Shown piece after piece: positions 13,101 through 25,100 of a stretch of DNA of 64,000 bases (the stretch's first letter is position 1; each line of letters starts with the position of its first letter). Below the pieces are notes generated by a model. The model was not told the origin of the DNA. It searched no databases and saw only the letters and a program-made list of their open reading frames with translations. The DNA lies in assembly GCA_020137815.1 (NCBI GenBank), contig CM035357.1:7812001-7876000 (forward strand), given 5' to 3'. Made by a program: the position numbers and the translations under genes. The DNA is from Hormiphora californensis (lineage: Eukaryota > Animalia > Ctenophora).

Positions 13101-16100
13101 AAAAATGCATTTATTCAGAAATGCATAAAATGCAGTTCGATTTACTGGGTAGCTTTCATTCAATTCTATTTACTGGATTATATAGCTTTCATACCGAACA
13201 ATCGTGTCTGAAGACCTCTAGCTGTCCAGATCCCTCTAGAACACCCACTGCAACGTATTCCCCTACTTCTGAGATACTGGCCTTCTTGACCAGGAGAAGG
13301 AAACCATTCTCCCTTATCTCGTACTTAGCAGATGGGACCACTCTATTGGGACATAGTTCCAGTTTTCATTGTACAAGAACCCAATCTACCCTTCCCAGTA
13401 TTTCGAATTAGTTTAGAATTAATTAGGAATTTTTTACCTCTGCATAATGCCTGCTGATAGTCGATACCAGACAACACTAAGGGGTTGGGCATCAAATACG
13501 GCTCTGATTGCAAAGTTATATCCCGCTATCATAACATTAACAGAGGGCATCTGTAAGGTGTTATTAATTATTCGATTTTTTATTAGTGGACCCAGGCCAT
13601 CCTACAGATGGCTAACTTAACAATTGATTGGTTGCTAGCAATCGATTAATTGCTCAAGCAACTATAAAATATCCCTCTTACTCGTTCTTTTCATATCTCC
13701 AAATTTCCTCTTAGTCCCACCTCTCTCTCTCTCTCTGCTATCTCTCTCTCTCTCTGCTATCTCTCTCTCTCTCTCTGCTATCTCTCTCTCTGCTATCTCT
13801 CTCAGCTATCTATCTCGTTCTCTATGGGAATGACGTTTTCTCTAGATTGTAATTCCTCGCTCAATAAATAAAATCTGAAATTGTGTCTTTTATTTCCATT
13901 GTACCATAATTGTACCACTATAAAATCATTGTTGTTTGGAATACAGTCAAGCGTGGAGCTATATATTTCTCTTCGATAAAAAGGGACTTTATTGTACTCC
14001 TCTTTGCTCTACATTATATAGCTAGTTCACTAAAGAGTGTTATGAATGGTTCATTAGATAGTTCTTTACAACTTATAGTTCTCTCGACTCTCGTGCCACG
14101 GTGTTTTTATATACTCCTAGAGAGAACCCTATCTATAATAGATCTACCTTCAATTGCTACTTAGCTGTATGTGCCCACAAGAAACCCATACTCCCTACAA
14201 AAAAGTAGTATTCTTACCGGTTCATTGATGATAGGAACTAGCTGGTACACGGTGTGGTGAATCACGCCATTTTCCTGGGTTGCGAAATGATAGTAACCAC
14301 GGTGGGTAGTTGCCATGAAATCTCTGATTTTTAGAGTAGCACTATCATCCCTGACACCTGAAGAGAGAGAGAGAGAGAGAGAGATGCTTTGTAATTGGCC
14401 ACTGGTCAGTTAACTTGTTTAATAATAAAAGCTAGTTCACGTGATCCCTACTAGTTCTTAACTCGAGAATTGAGTCGCCAGACACCTTGTAAAGTATGAA
14501 AAATTCAACACGAGACCCCCTATATTATACCTGGTAGAGAGTCTGCGAAGACTGTCTGGCCGCCTCCCTGGGTCGTGGTATAGAGCCATCTAGTTGATCT
14601 CCCTGACCCATTGTACAGGACAATACCAGCCCCTCTCAACACATACTCTGTGTTCTGAGCTGCAAACATCTCCACCCGGCTTACCATGTACGATTCAATG
14701 GGGTTCCTGTCGTAATACACCACGTAGGTACCTGGGGGTTGGGTGGAGAAGATAGGGGTGTCCCCTTCTCCGAGAAAGGAGCAATAGTTATGGGTGGTAA
14801 CTGGTAAGTAGATAAGGGAGGCATGTAAAATCAGAGGAATGTGTCCTACCTTCACTTTGAATGGTAAGTCTATCAATGATAACAGCACCCTCGGCACCAG
14901 GTTTCACCTCCCTGCTCTCACCAGCCCTCTGGACCATCCAGGTGACGGGTTGACGGGCTGAACTGGTCAACACTACCCGGTACCCGGTGAGAGATAACAC
15001 GGGGACGCTGTCCAGCGCTTCCTGATATTATTTAGAGATCAGACACATCTACATATTTGAGTGTAATCAACAATTTAAATTGTGATTAGTTAACAGCAGT
15101 TACACTGACCTTGATAACCTTGACATCCCACGAGACCCATGACAACCCAGAAGAGGGGGACTTGGAAATGTAGAGTCGTTCATCGGAGTCCTGCAATGAA
15201 ACAGATTTAAGGGTACACCTGGCGTTTTTCATCATCGAGTGCCCAACCAAATGACTTCACCAGGGTTTAGGCCATGCAAAATGGACCTCAAATATGCAGT
15301 TTTAGCCCTAAAGTCGAATTCATATTTTTGCTACAGCCTATTTTCAAAGTGGCGTTTTTTCAATTTTTGTTGAAATTTTTAACCTCAGGACCACTTTTTT
15401 TGAGATAGAAACATTAAATTCTTGGAATTTGAAGAGAATATAAAGGTGAATAAGCCCAAAGAAGGATTTTTGAAATGGAGCTTATTTCTGGCCATGAGAA
15501 CGGTTTACTTTTTTGCTTCTTTGACACGCTAGCTGAGAATGTTCCCATGCTTCATTAGAGATGAAAATCTGGAAATAGTTGCTCAAAACGATTATCTATG
15601 TGGCCCAAAAATTTTGGAACTTTCCCACCAAAGATGTGGTGTACAGAGCTTTTTTTGTGAAACCTGTCTTTTTGAAAAAGAGGGAAATTCCCTGTATCTC
15701 AAAAACGGATGATCGTAGAGACCTGGGACCAAGCTCAATCGATTCAGAAGGTCCGATTTTGGGGGGGTCTTCTGAGAGACATTTTGCTCCTACTCCAACT
15801 GTTTTTGCTGTAATTGCGAAAAAGGTATCAGCAAGTAAGGGGGAAATCAGCCCGAAGCAGGCTACTAGAATAGAGTTGTTTCCCCTTTTCATAGAATTGG
15901 TTTTTTGCAATTACAGCAAAATCGGTTGGAGTAGGAGCAAAATGTCTCTCAGAAGACCCCCCCAAAATCGGACCTTCTGAATCGATTAAGCTTAGTCCCA
16001 GGTCTCTACGATCATCCGTTTTTGAGATACAGGGAATTTCCCTCTTTTTCAAAAAGACAGGTTTCACAAAAAAAGCTCTGTACACCACATCTTTGGTGGG

Positions 16101-19100
16101 AAAGTTCCAAAATTTTTGGGCCACATAGATAATCGTTTTGAGCAACTATTTCCAGATTTTCATCTCTAATGAAGCATGGGAACATTCTCAGCTAGCGTGT
16201 CAAAGAAGCAAAAAAGTAAACCGTTCTCATGGCCAGAAATAAGCTCCATTTCAAAAATCCTTCTTTGGGCTTATTCACCTTTATATTCTCTTCAAATTCC
16301 AAGAATTTAATGTTTCTATCTCAAAAAAAGTGGTCCTGAGGTTAAAAATTTCAACAAAAATTGAAAAAACGCCACTTTGAAAATAGGCTGTAGCAAAAAT
16401 ATGAATTCGACTTTAGGGCTAAAACTGCATATTTGAGGTCCATTTTGCATGGCCTAAACCCTGGTGAAGTCATTTGGTTGGGCACTCGATGATGAAAAAC
16501 GCCAGGTGTACCCTTAAGATAAGTAACTCTGGGTCCTCTTTTATTAAAATCCTGAATCGTAGTCATTGCTGATCACTAATTATCTGTTATCAATTAACCA
16601 CCACTAACCTGTACGCTGGAAATAACAAGAGATCCTTGCTTCACGTATAGCTTATCTGCACTCAGTACTCTCTCTAACACACCTCCTCTCTCCATATACC
16701 ACTCTGTCTGCTGTCTCTCCTTCTCACCCAACGTTACCATGGTCCCCCTAACAACGGTTACCATGCGCCGGTCCGTTACTGTTACTATGGTTACCACGAA
16801 CTCGTCCACTTGTCCGGTACTGTCCGACACGTAGTATACTCCTAGAGGGTGGGTAGTGTCTTCATCAAACAACTATGCAAGAATAAATGCGATAGAGAGA
16901 GAGAGAGCTTGAGGCTTAAATAGGTGCAGTATACGGTGTAGTAAGCCATGTCTTGCAGTGCCATTAGACAGCGAATGCCGGGGTATTGGGTAAAGGCCGG
17001 TATAATCTGAGTTGTACCTGAGTTGCGGGGTGTAACTTTATTGATGATGGCCTGGTTACCATACACCTTCAGATCGTCACTCAGTGCTGAAACAACCCCA
17101 GTTGCAGGATCTCTCAGGTACCAGTGAAGAGGAGGGTTCAGAGCAGTTGTCATGGTTACTGTTGCTTCCTCTAACACATACAGCTCAAACTGGGATCCTG
17201 AAAACATGGAGTGAACTGAATTGCAGCTGTACCGTGGTACTTTTAGAAACAAGAAATATATTGTACATAATATCCAAGCACGATTCTCAAATATAATATG
17301 CTGCATCGGCCTTTTTCTTCTTCTTCTTCTTCGTAGAGGCTGTCTCAGCCCCGTGAGGGGCTGAGATGAAGGGATGTAGCACAGTGGTTACGTTCCCCAG
17401 CCTTGAGGTACCCCGACCAGAAACTCGGGATTTCTTGGGTGTACTTCTTGGAGTCGTAGTGTTTTCTACCTAGAGGACGGGGGAGGGTCCTCAGGGTGTA
17501 GTAGTTTCTCCGCCCTTCGGTAAAACGTGACGGTTTTTTGGAAGGGCAGGTGGTTTCTTATGTCGTCTAAAGTCACGCACAATTTATCGAATACTTCTTG
17601 TCGAAGTTTCCACAATAGTGGGCATTCTGTGAGTACGTGTTTGACAGTTTCGTCCTCCATCCCACACAGGTTGCAGGTTGTGGTTTTGACTTTTTTCAGT
17701 TTTTTCATATGGTAGTTTAGATTGCCATGTCCCGTGAGAAGGTGCATCGGCCTTTATTTTCTCAACCATTCTCAGCAATAAAGCATGTGAATTTCTCTAG
17801 CACAGTTTTCACTTTAACACAGTATTTATTTGAATATATTCATGTCATATTTATATTCTCGTTATGCTTTCATAACCCGTCGCTGCTCGAGATTGTCTGA
17901 GCGATTAAATAGATGTAGCGTACTGTGAGACTGTAAGAGAAGAAGAAGAAGAGAGGACATAGATCTTTGTCATGTCCCCCTTTTTACAGAGCCCTGCCTC
18001 TTTGTGAAGACTACATGCAGCCACAACTTTAAAGATGGCTAACCATCTTTAAAGTTGTTGCTGTAGTCTTCACAAAGAGGCAGGGCTCTGTAAAAAGGGG
18101 GAGATGCATTGTTGCAATGCTCATATTTAGTTATAGTCAAACTAACATCAAACTATCACGTAGGATGAAATGGCTAATATTCCTCTGTTGTGTTATATTC
18201 CAAGGTAATCAAGTGATAATGTCCTTATATAGTGTTACGTAACAGTATATTGCTATCAATCAATAGAACTGCACATCATGTGATCTGTTACAGCTGTTAT
18301 CTCAGTCAATAGAACTTCACATCATGTGATCTGTTACAGGTTGCTGGTGTTCTTTGAAACTGGTTGATGAACGTTCCAGGAGTCGGGGTTATGGAATCCT
18401 CACATACACAGACGCCCAGGTGGGTTACAGCTCCGGTATAAGAGACTGTAGTTTAGTTGTTCTGAGTCCTCATAATATCCCCCCTTTGTAACAGAGTGGT
18501 ACAAGAGGTCTGGTGATTGATGAGGGGTTTACAGAGAGGCATGCAATGGCGGTGTGTCGTTCCCTCAACTACACATCAGTTAACACTTGGTATATCACGG
18601 AATTCCCTCCCCTCTTCACAGAGCGATTCAAGGTACTGCAGTGCCAATATAGTAGACACATGACATGCTGACAGAAACAGACCGAGTTGTATTGTTAATT
18701 GATTCATTAACTGGACCTCAACATACCACAGGGACGATTCAAGGTGACTGGCAGGATACAGAATGGCACCGAGCTGAACTTTAAATCTGTCCGTGGGATG
18801 TACAGCTATGTTACCTATGTGGTCTGCAACCCTTTTCCACAAGGTATAACGTTATAGTGAACCGAGTGAGTGTAGAGCGTGACGTATACACTTTAATTTA
18901 ACTAGTAAGCCCGCTCGCCCTACGGGCGAATGTCGGGGATGGTCAATGGTCATACAGTAAACTAAGCAAATAGTGTAGTATCATTTGAAATTTTTAAAAT
19001 CAGTAAATTTATCAGGTAAATTAACCACAGCGATTCTTTAGACAGAAAAACCACGGGTCCTCTTTTGCCAGGTCCTGAAGTATTTTATGAAGGAGCACAT

Positions 19101-22100
19101 TTGCAAAATACTTTCACGTATTACTGCCATTTCTTATTAGTGCCATTGATACTTTGTTATTACGTGTATTGACAACATTTTTTGAATAATAATCACATCT
19201 TTTGTAGGATTCTATCACGTACCTAGTCTATAGGCGTCAGCGCCAGTTTGGGACATATGGCTCCTCCAAACTCGCTGGCGATTGTGTTGAAGTTGAGTAG
19301 TCATGTTCACGAAACGTGGTGAACAGGGGGTGAACAGATCAAATCGAGCAAACGATCAATCACACAACCGGCAGAGATGAATCAAGGATGCACATTGCAC
19401 GTGCAGTTTAAGGCTCAAGCTAGCAGGTTGCCAGGGTCCCTCTAGGGACAACACGTGCAAAAGGCCATTTCCAGGAATTTTGTGCCATATTTGGTAAAAA
19501 AACCATCACCCATCATTTCCCTATTTGCTTTAATAATAGTATGATTTACATATAATATTCCCTGCAGATGCGTGTGAGTTGAGGATAAGGAATGGTTTCC
19601 AGAAGTCCGCCTGTGGCCGTATTTTTGGTAAAACTCTGTACAAGTGTCTGGAGAGTGACCAGGTTTATGTTATAGTTGATGGCCACCTCCCTCAACCAGG
19701 GATAGTGTCTACGAGGTGCAACAATGACCCATCCTTTTATCAGGTGAAGGACTGTCTGGGTCAAGTTGTAGACCAATCACGGGTGGATTTGTTGAGTAAT
19801 GCTACAAAACATGTCTCGTTTTTACTGAACAATAATTCAATTCCAGGCGTGCGGGTTGACGGATGTGATATCCCCCACCGGTCCAGTCTGCGGTCAGGTG
19901 ATTTGTGATACAACCCACCCCTACCTCCTGACTCAAAAGATGGCGTGCGGTGAAGAATTTTGCGGGTTTAGACCCTGTGGACATCAAAATGCGGTAACAA
20001 AGAAATAGTAGATCATGAGACTCACGGAAAATTCAATTTGAAATTGATAAGTTGTACACAGGTGTAACCTTGTTTAATCTTTGTACAGATCGATCTGAGG
20101 GCTTCATGTCCCAACCTGGACTACTCTTCATGCAGTGCAGTTGGACCCAAAGTGTCCAACAATACAATCCATGATGATGATCACTGCGATGGCAACTGTG
20201 ATCACTACTCCTGCGAGGACGAGTCAGAGTGTGATGGCGTGGTGTACGGTATCAGATGCACTGTAAGTAGAGTGGTAGATTATAGGGCCCCTGGATTCAC
20301 CGGCAAATCCAAAATATAGTATAAAGCCGAATTTTTTGAAGTTGCCACCCAATCCCAATGCCCTCTTCCTCCCTCTCCAGAAGTACGGTCTGCCCAACAA
20401 GTACATCCAACCTTCGTTCTTGTGTGATAGTTTCACACACTGTGATGCGGGAGAAGATGAAGATAGGACTATGTGTACCAATACTTCCTCCCTTCATTGT
20501 ACCAGGAGTGTGCATGAGCATCGGAGAGTTAACATGCCGATTATTAATCGGTGTAGTGCCCCATTTAGTGAAGGGGTCTACAAGCCACTGTGTCTCGACT
20601 CCATGGACCAGACTAACTGTTCAGGTAGTTGCCATGGTAACGAATATTACATGATACGTTGCCATTATTTACAAACTATTTGTTACAGGTTCAGAAGCTG
20701 CTGGGTTGACCTGCAAGATTGATGGATACTGGAGCACTGTCTCTAATACCGTCCTCTGTATCCTCCCACACTCCCCATTGTGTGATAATGGGATGGACCA
20801 GGAATGTGCCAGGCTATCTACCTCCTGCTTCCTACACAAACACTTCATTTGTGATGGTATCCCACACTGTGAGGACGGGGCTGATGAGCAGTGTCCCCAT
20901 CTAACTAACTCTACCTGTCAGAGGTACATAGTGAACCAGCCCCCACACCCCATCCCTACCCCTTGGCTGCTAGATGGTGTGACGGACTGTATCTCCGGTC
21001 TAGATGAACTACAGGGTGTCTGGCCAGTGTGTGGTGTTGGTAGGAGGAAGAGGTTCGTGGTGGATAACTCCACGTGCAATGAGGTATACTATTGCACAGG
21101 GAGGGCTGATTTCTTGGAACTCAGCCAACTTTGTGATGGAGTGGAGGAGTGCGGGGAAGAGGTGGGGGTGTGTAAGGAGAGTCTGAATCAGGTTAAGGTG
21201 TTCTCCAATCCAGTAAAAAGTAAGGGTGATAGTATCTATCTGTCTCATTGTCTCCCAGGGCTAAAGGGTATTCTAACATCTGACTGTGTAGCACTGACGG
21301 TCCCCAAGAGGAAGGGACTATTAGAAAAGGGCATGGTTAACACCCTACACATCACCCCTACTAACTGTAATTTCCTGTACGGGGAGGCCTATGTGCGGGT
21401 CAGCTGCTCTAACATGTGTCTGGATACAACAACACCATGCCCCATCACCCGCCGTCTGGAGTATGATTCCTGTACTCTTCAGTACCCTGACAGGACCTAC
21501 ACCCTGGCAGACAACTCCTACCTCACCTTCCTCCTTCCAGGGGAGGATGAGGTGTTCCGGTGTGCCAATAACCGGTGTGTGACCCTCTCTGCAGTGTGCA
21601 ACTTGGCTGACGAGTGTGGGGATGGTAGTGATGAGAGGGAGTGTAGGAACAACTTCCAGTGCAGGGATCAATCTAAATACATCCCCCTGTCCCAGGTATG
21701 TGATGGATCCCCTGATTGTGTGGACTTGTCTGATGAGTGTAATGAACAGTGCAGTGTGGAGGTTTTATCAAACATACCATATTTGGTAGTGTGCTGCGTC
21801 CTTGGTTTCCTAGCAACCACCCTCAATATCGGGGTACTAGTATCACTGTTAGTGACCCTATATAAAGAGGGTGCTAAAAAGAAGGTCCAACTCTACAACC
21901 GACTACTGATACTTCTCATCTCCTGTGGAGACCTCCTAACAGGCTGCTATCTCTCCTCAATAGCCATCACTCACCTGATATACAATGACTCCTACTGTAC
22001 CCAGCGATACACCTGGCTGACCTCCAAATACTGTGCAACACTGGGGGTAGTCAGTACTATCGGGACCCAGATATCAGTCCATGCCATGGCCATACTGGGT

Positions 22101-25100
22101 GTAACAAGACTGGTAGCGGTGAAGAACTCTCTGAGAGACTGGAGGAATATCGAGACGGTGAAGAAGTCAGCACTGGTCAAGATTGGGTTAGTGTTACTGG
22201 GGGTAGTATTGGTATGTGCTAGTTTTGCTATTGTCCCCCTCATCCCATCCCTAAGAGATGTGTTTGTGAATGGTATGGTGTATCCTCAACATCTTCGCCT
22301 CTTCGCCGGGACTGTCGACAAGATGACTCATTGGAGGGTATTCAGAGCCTATTTCGGATATCTATCCTCAGTGACGTTGTCATGGGAACAAGTGGAGTCC
22401 CTTGTCAGCGAGATGTTCAGTAGGGACTACCAAGATATCTCCCAATCTATGGTTCACTTCTATGGTAGCAGCGAGGTTTGTCTGTTCAAATTCTTTGTCT
22501 CAATATCAGACCCCCAGCGCTACTACACGTGGGCGCTAATTGGTGCTGACTGTGGCTGCTTCATCACTACTACAGTGTGCTACATGATAATCAATTACAG
22601 GACACAACTAGCTACAAGGACCCTGGCCCAGAACATGAACGCGGTGAGGGACAGGAACAGGAAACTACAGAACAAAGTGCTGATGATTGTTCTAACTAAC
22701 CAGATCGTCTGGTTACCCTTTGTGGTGTTGTGCAGTCTCCATACTGCTGGGGTGGTAGATGCGGGGAGGTGGTACGTGTTTATCTCCATCTGTATCCTAC
22801 CCCTCAACTCGGTGATCAACCCCTGTTTGTACAACACTGAACTGTTTGAGAAGGTGATGGGGAAGGTGTTATCTTGGTACACTGTTCCTGATTTCCAGTT
22901 GATGAGGAGAATAAGGGTTTGGACAAGTACCAGGAAGGATGATATTGGTCCTGTTGATATTGAATTGGGTCCAGTAACTGCAGGGACTGGTTTGGTAGCT
23001 CAGGTTGTTCCTACATGTTCCGGAGTTGATTTAGACATTCAAAGTCAAACCCCAGTTGGAGGATGCCAAGGGGTGGCTCCAATTATACCTCGGAAACGGG
23101 CAGGAAGTTTACCGATCACTCGAATGAAACTAATGACTATAGAACCAAGTAACAATGGGCTGATACCGAGAAGAGGGAGGACCGTGAAACAGTGTCAACT
23201 AGATGATGGTGGAACTGTTAGCAGAAGACATTCGGTTAACTAAACATGTGTCAAAGGGAAGTAATTTTGATATCTCCTTCTGGTGATCAACAGACACACA
23301 CGCCCTCTGTACAACAGTTTAATGGGGAATCTCACACATACACGGGCAGAACTCGGTTAAGGAGAGATTAATTAGTATTCTGAATAATGAGTTCAGAGCA
23401 AGAATTAAATAGGGAAGAAAATCGAAAAATACTGGGTTTGACCGGGAATTGAACCAGGGACCTCCAGAGAGACATGCTCGGAGCTATAAACCACTAAGCT
23501 ACCAAACCCTATATAGGGTTTGGTAGCTTAGTGGTTTATAGTGGTTCAATTCCCGGTCAAACCCAGTATTTTTCGATTTTCTTCCCTATTTAATTCTTGC
23601 TCTGAACTCATTATTCAGTAAACATGTGTCTGCAAGAGAAGTATGTTTTGGGATAGCAATTTTGGGTTGACGATCCTTCTGGTGCACCGTGGTAAGGGTG
23701 TCGGGTGATAACACCAATATTTCAAGTTAAGTTACAAGTTGCATACCTTTAATTTTCTCCAGTAAGAGCTCATAAATGAAGTGTTGAGTTATAAAATCCT
23801 CTGAGATTGTAGCTTGGTAATATCCCTGGTCCGATAAACCAAACGTTTCTATCACCTGCAAAGAAGGTTTAGTTGGTCCGGTGAACTGGGAGATCATAAC
23901 CTGTACGAGGTACTTGAAGTCCTGAAATATTCCAAGTGGTATAACTTACTAGGCTGTCCCCTGTTGCTGGCAGCTTGTTCGTGATACCCACACCGCTCTC
24001 TGGGTTGCCATGATACTGCCATGTGACACCACCAGGTGACACTCTCACGGGTAATGTGATCCCAAACGTAGCACCTGACCTGATAGGATGTGAAACTATT
24101 AGGGGGGGGGGTGACACACATTGGGGGCCTCTGAATGGCACAATACTTTTAATATCACTCTAAAAACTTTACCGTTGTCTAAAGTTCATATTTTTCTTTA
24201 CCAAATGGACTATTTCAGCCCTGATTTCCACAGTCGATGACATCGGAGGCTCAAAACATCCGCAAATTAGTAAAAAAGTGTATGTTTTAACCCTAGAAAT
24301 GATTTAAAACTTTTAGATGTGTTCTAGAAAGACACCAAAGTCGTTCAAATTACTTATTCACCAACCGTCTTATATATTTTGTAAATATTTTGTAAGAATT
24401 TGTAACACTTTGTAACAATTTGTAACACTTTGTGACACTATGTAACACTTTGTGACACTTTGTAACACTATGTAACACTTTGTAACACTATGTAACACTT
24501 TGTAACACTATGTAACACTTTGTAACACTATGTAACACTTTGTAACACTATGTAACACTTTGTAACACTATGTAACACTTTGTAACACTATGTAACACTT
24601 TGTAACACTATGTAACACTATGTAACACTTTGTAACACTATGTAACACTTTGTAACACTATGTAACACTTTGTAACATGTGCAGAAAACTTTTTGTGCAC
24701 GTTACATGTTACAAAGTGTTACAAAGTGTTACGTGTCACCCCCCCCCCTATTAACATATCCCAGTCTTCAGACTTACATACCCGTCTTCTAAGTCATTAA
24801 GGGAGGGCGGGACGATTTTTTATTTTTAGATATTTCGTATTTGGTTTGAATGCGCTTTTATGAGCCGCAAAAACACTATCAAACAAGCTTTTAACAAATA
24901 CAATAGTTGTTAAAGACTTTTAAGAGTTTTTGCGCCACCCCCTCTCTTACGATGGTGAGCATAATGAGGACGTGTTTCATAATAGCTCGATTTAAATCTC
25001 GAGCTGCTATCCTCCATTACCTGATGTAGTAGACAACCTTGGCCACCATAGGCAGGACATTTAGTTTGTAGTATCTCCACGATCTATCTGTCACCCGCAC

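Noticed and set aside
15579-16145. Mirror-image ORFs of 104-133 aa on both strands
   Set aside because: Produced by the foldback arms; no transposase motifs.
18260-18339. Tandemly duplicated splice acceptor as functional alternative splicing
   Set aside because: Using the first copy adds 46 nt and shifts the frame; probably a neutral duplication.
23436-23509. Functional tRNA gene
   Set aside because: The anticodon arm does not form a canonical stem with a 7-nt loop; treated as a tRNA-derived repeat.
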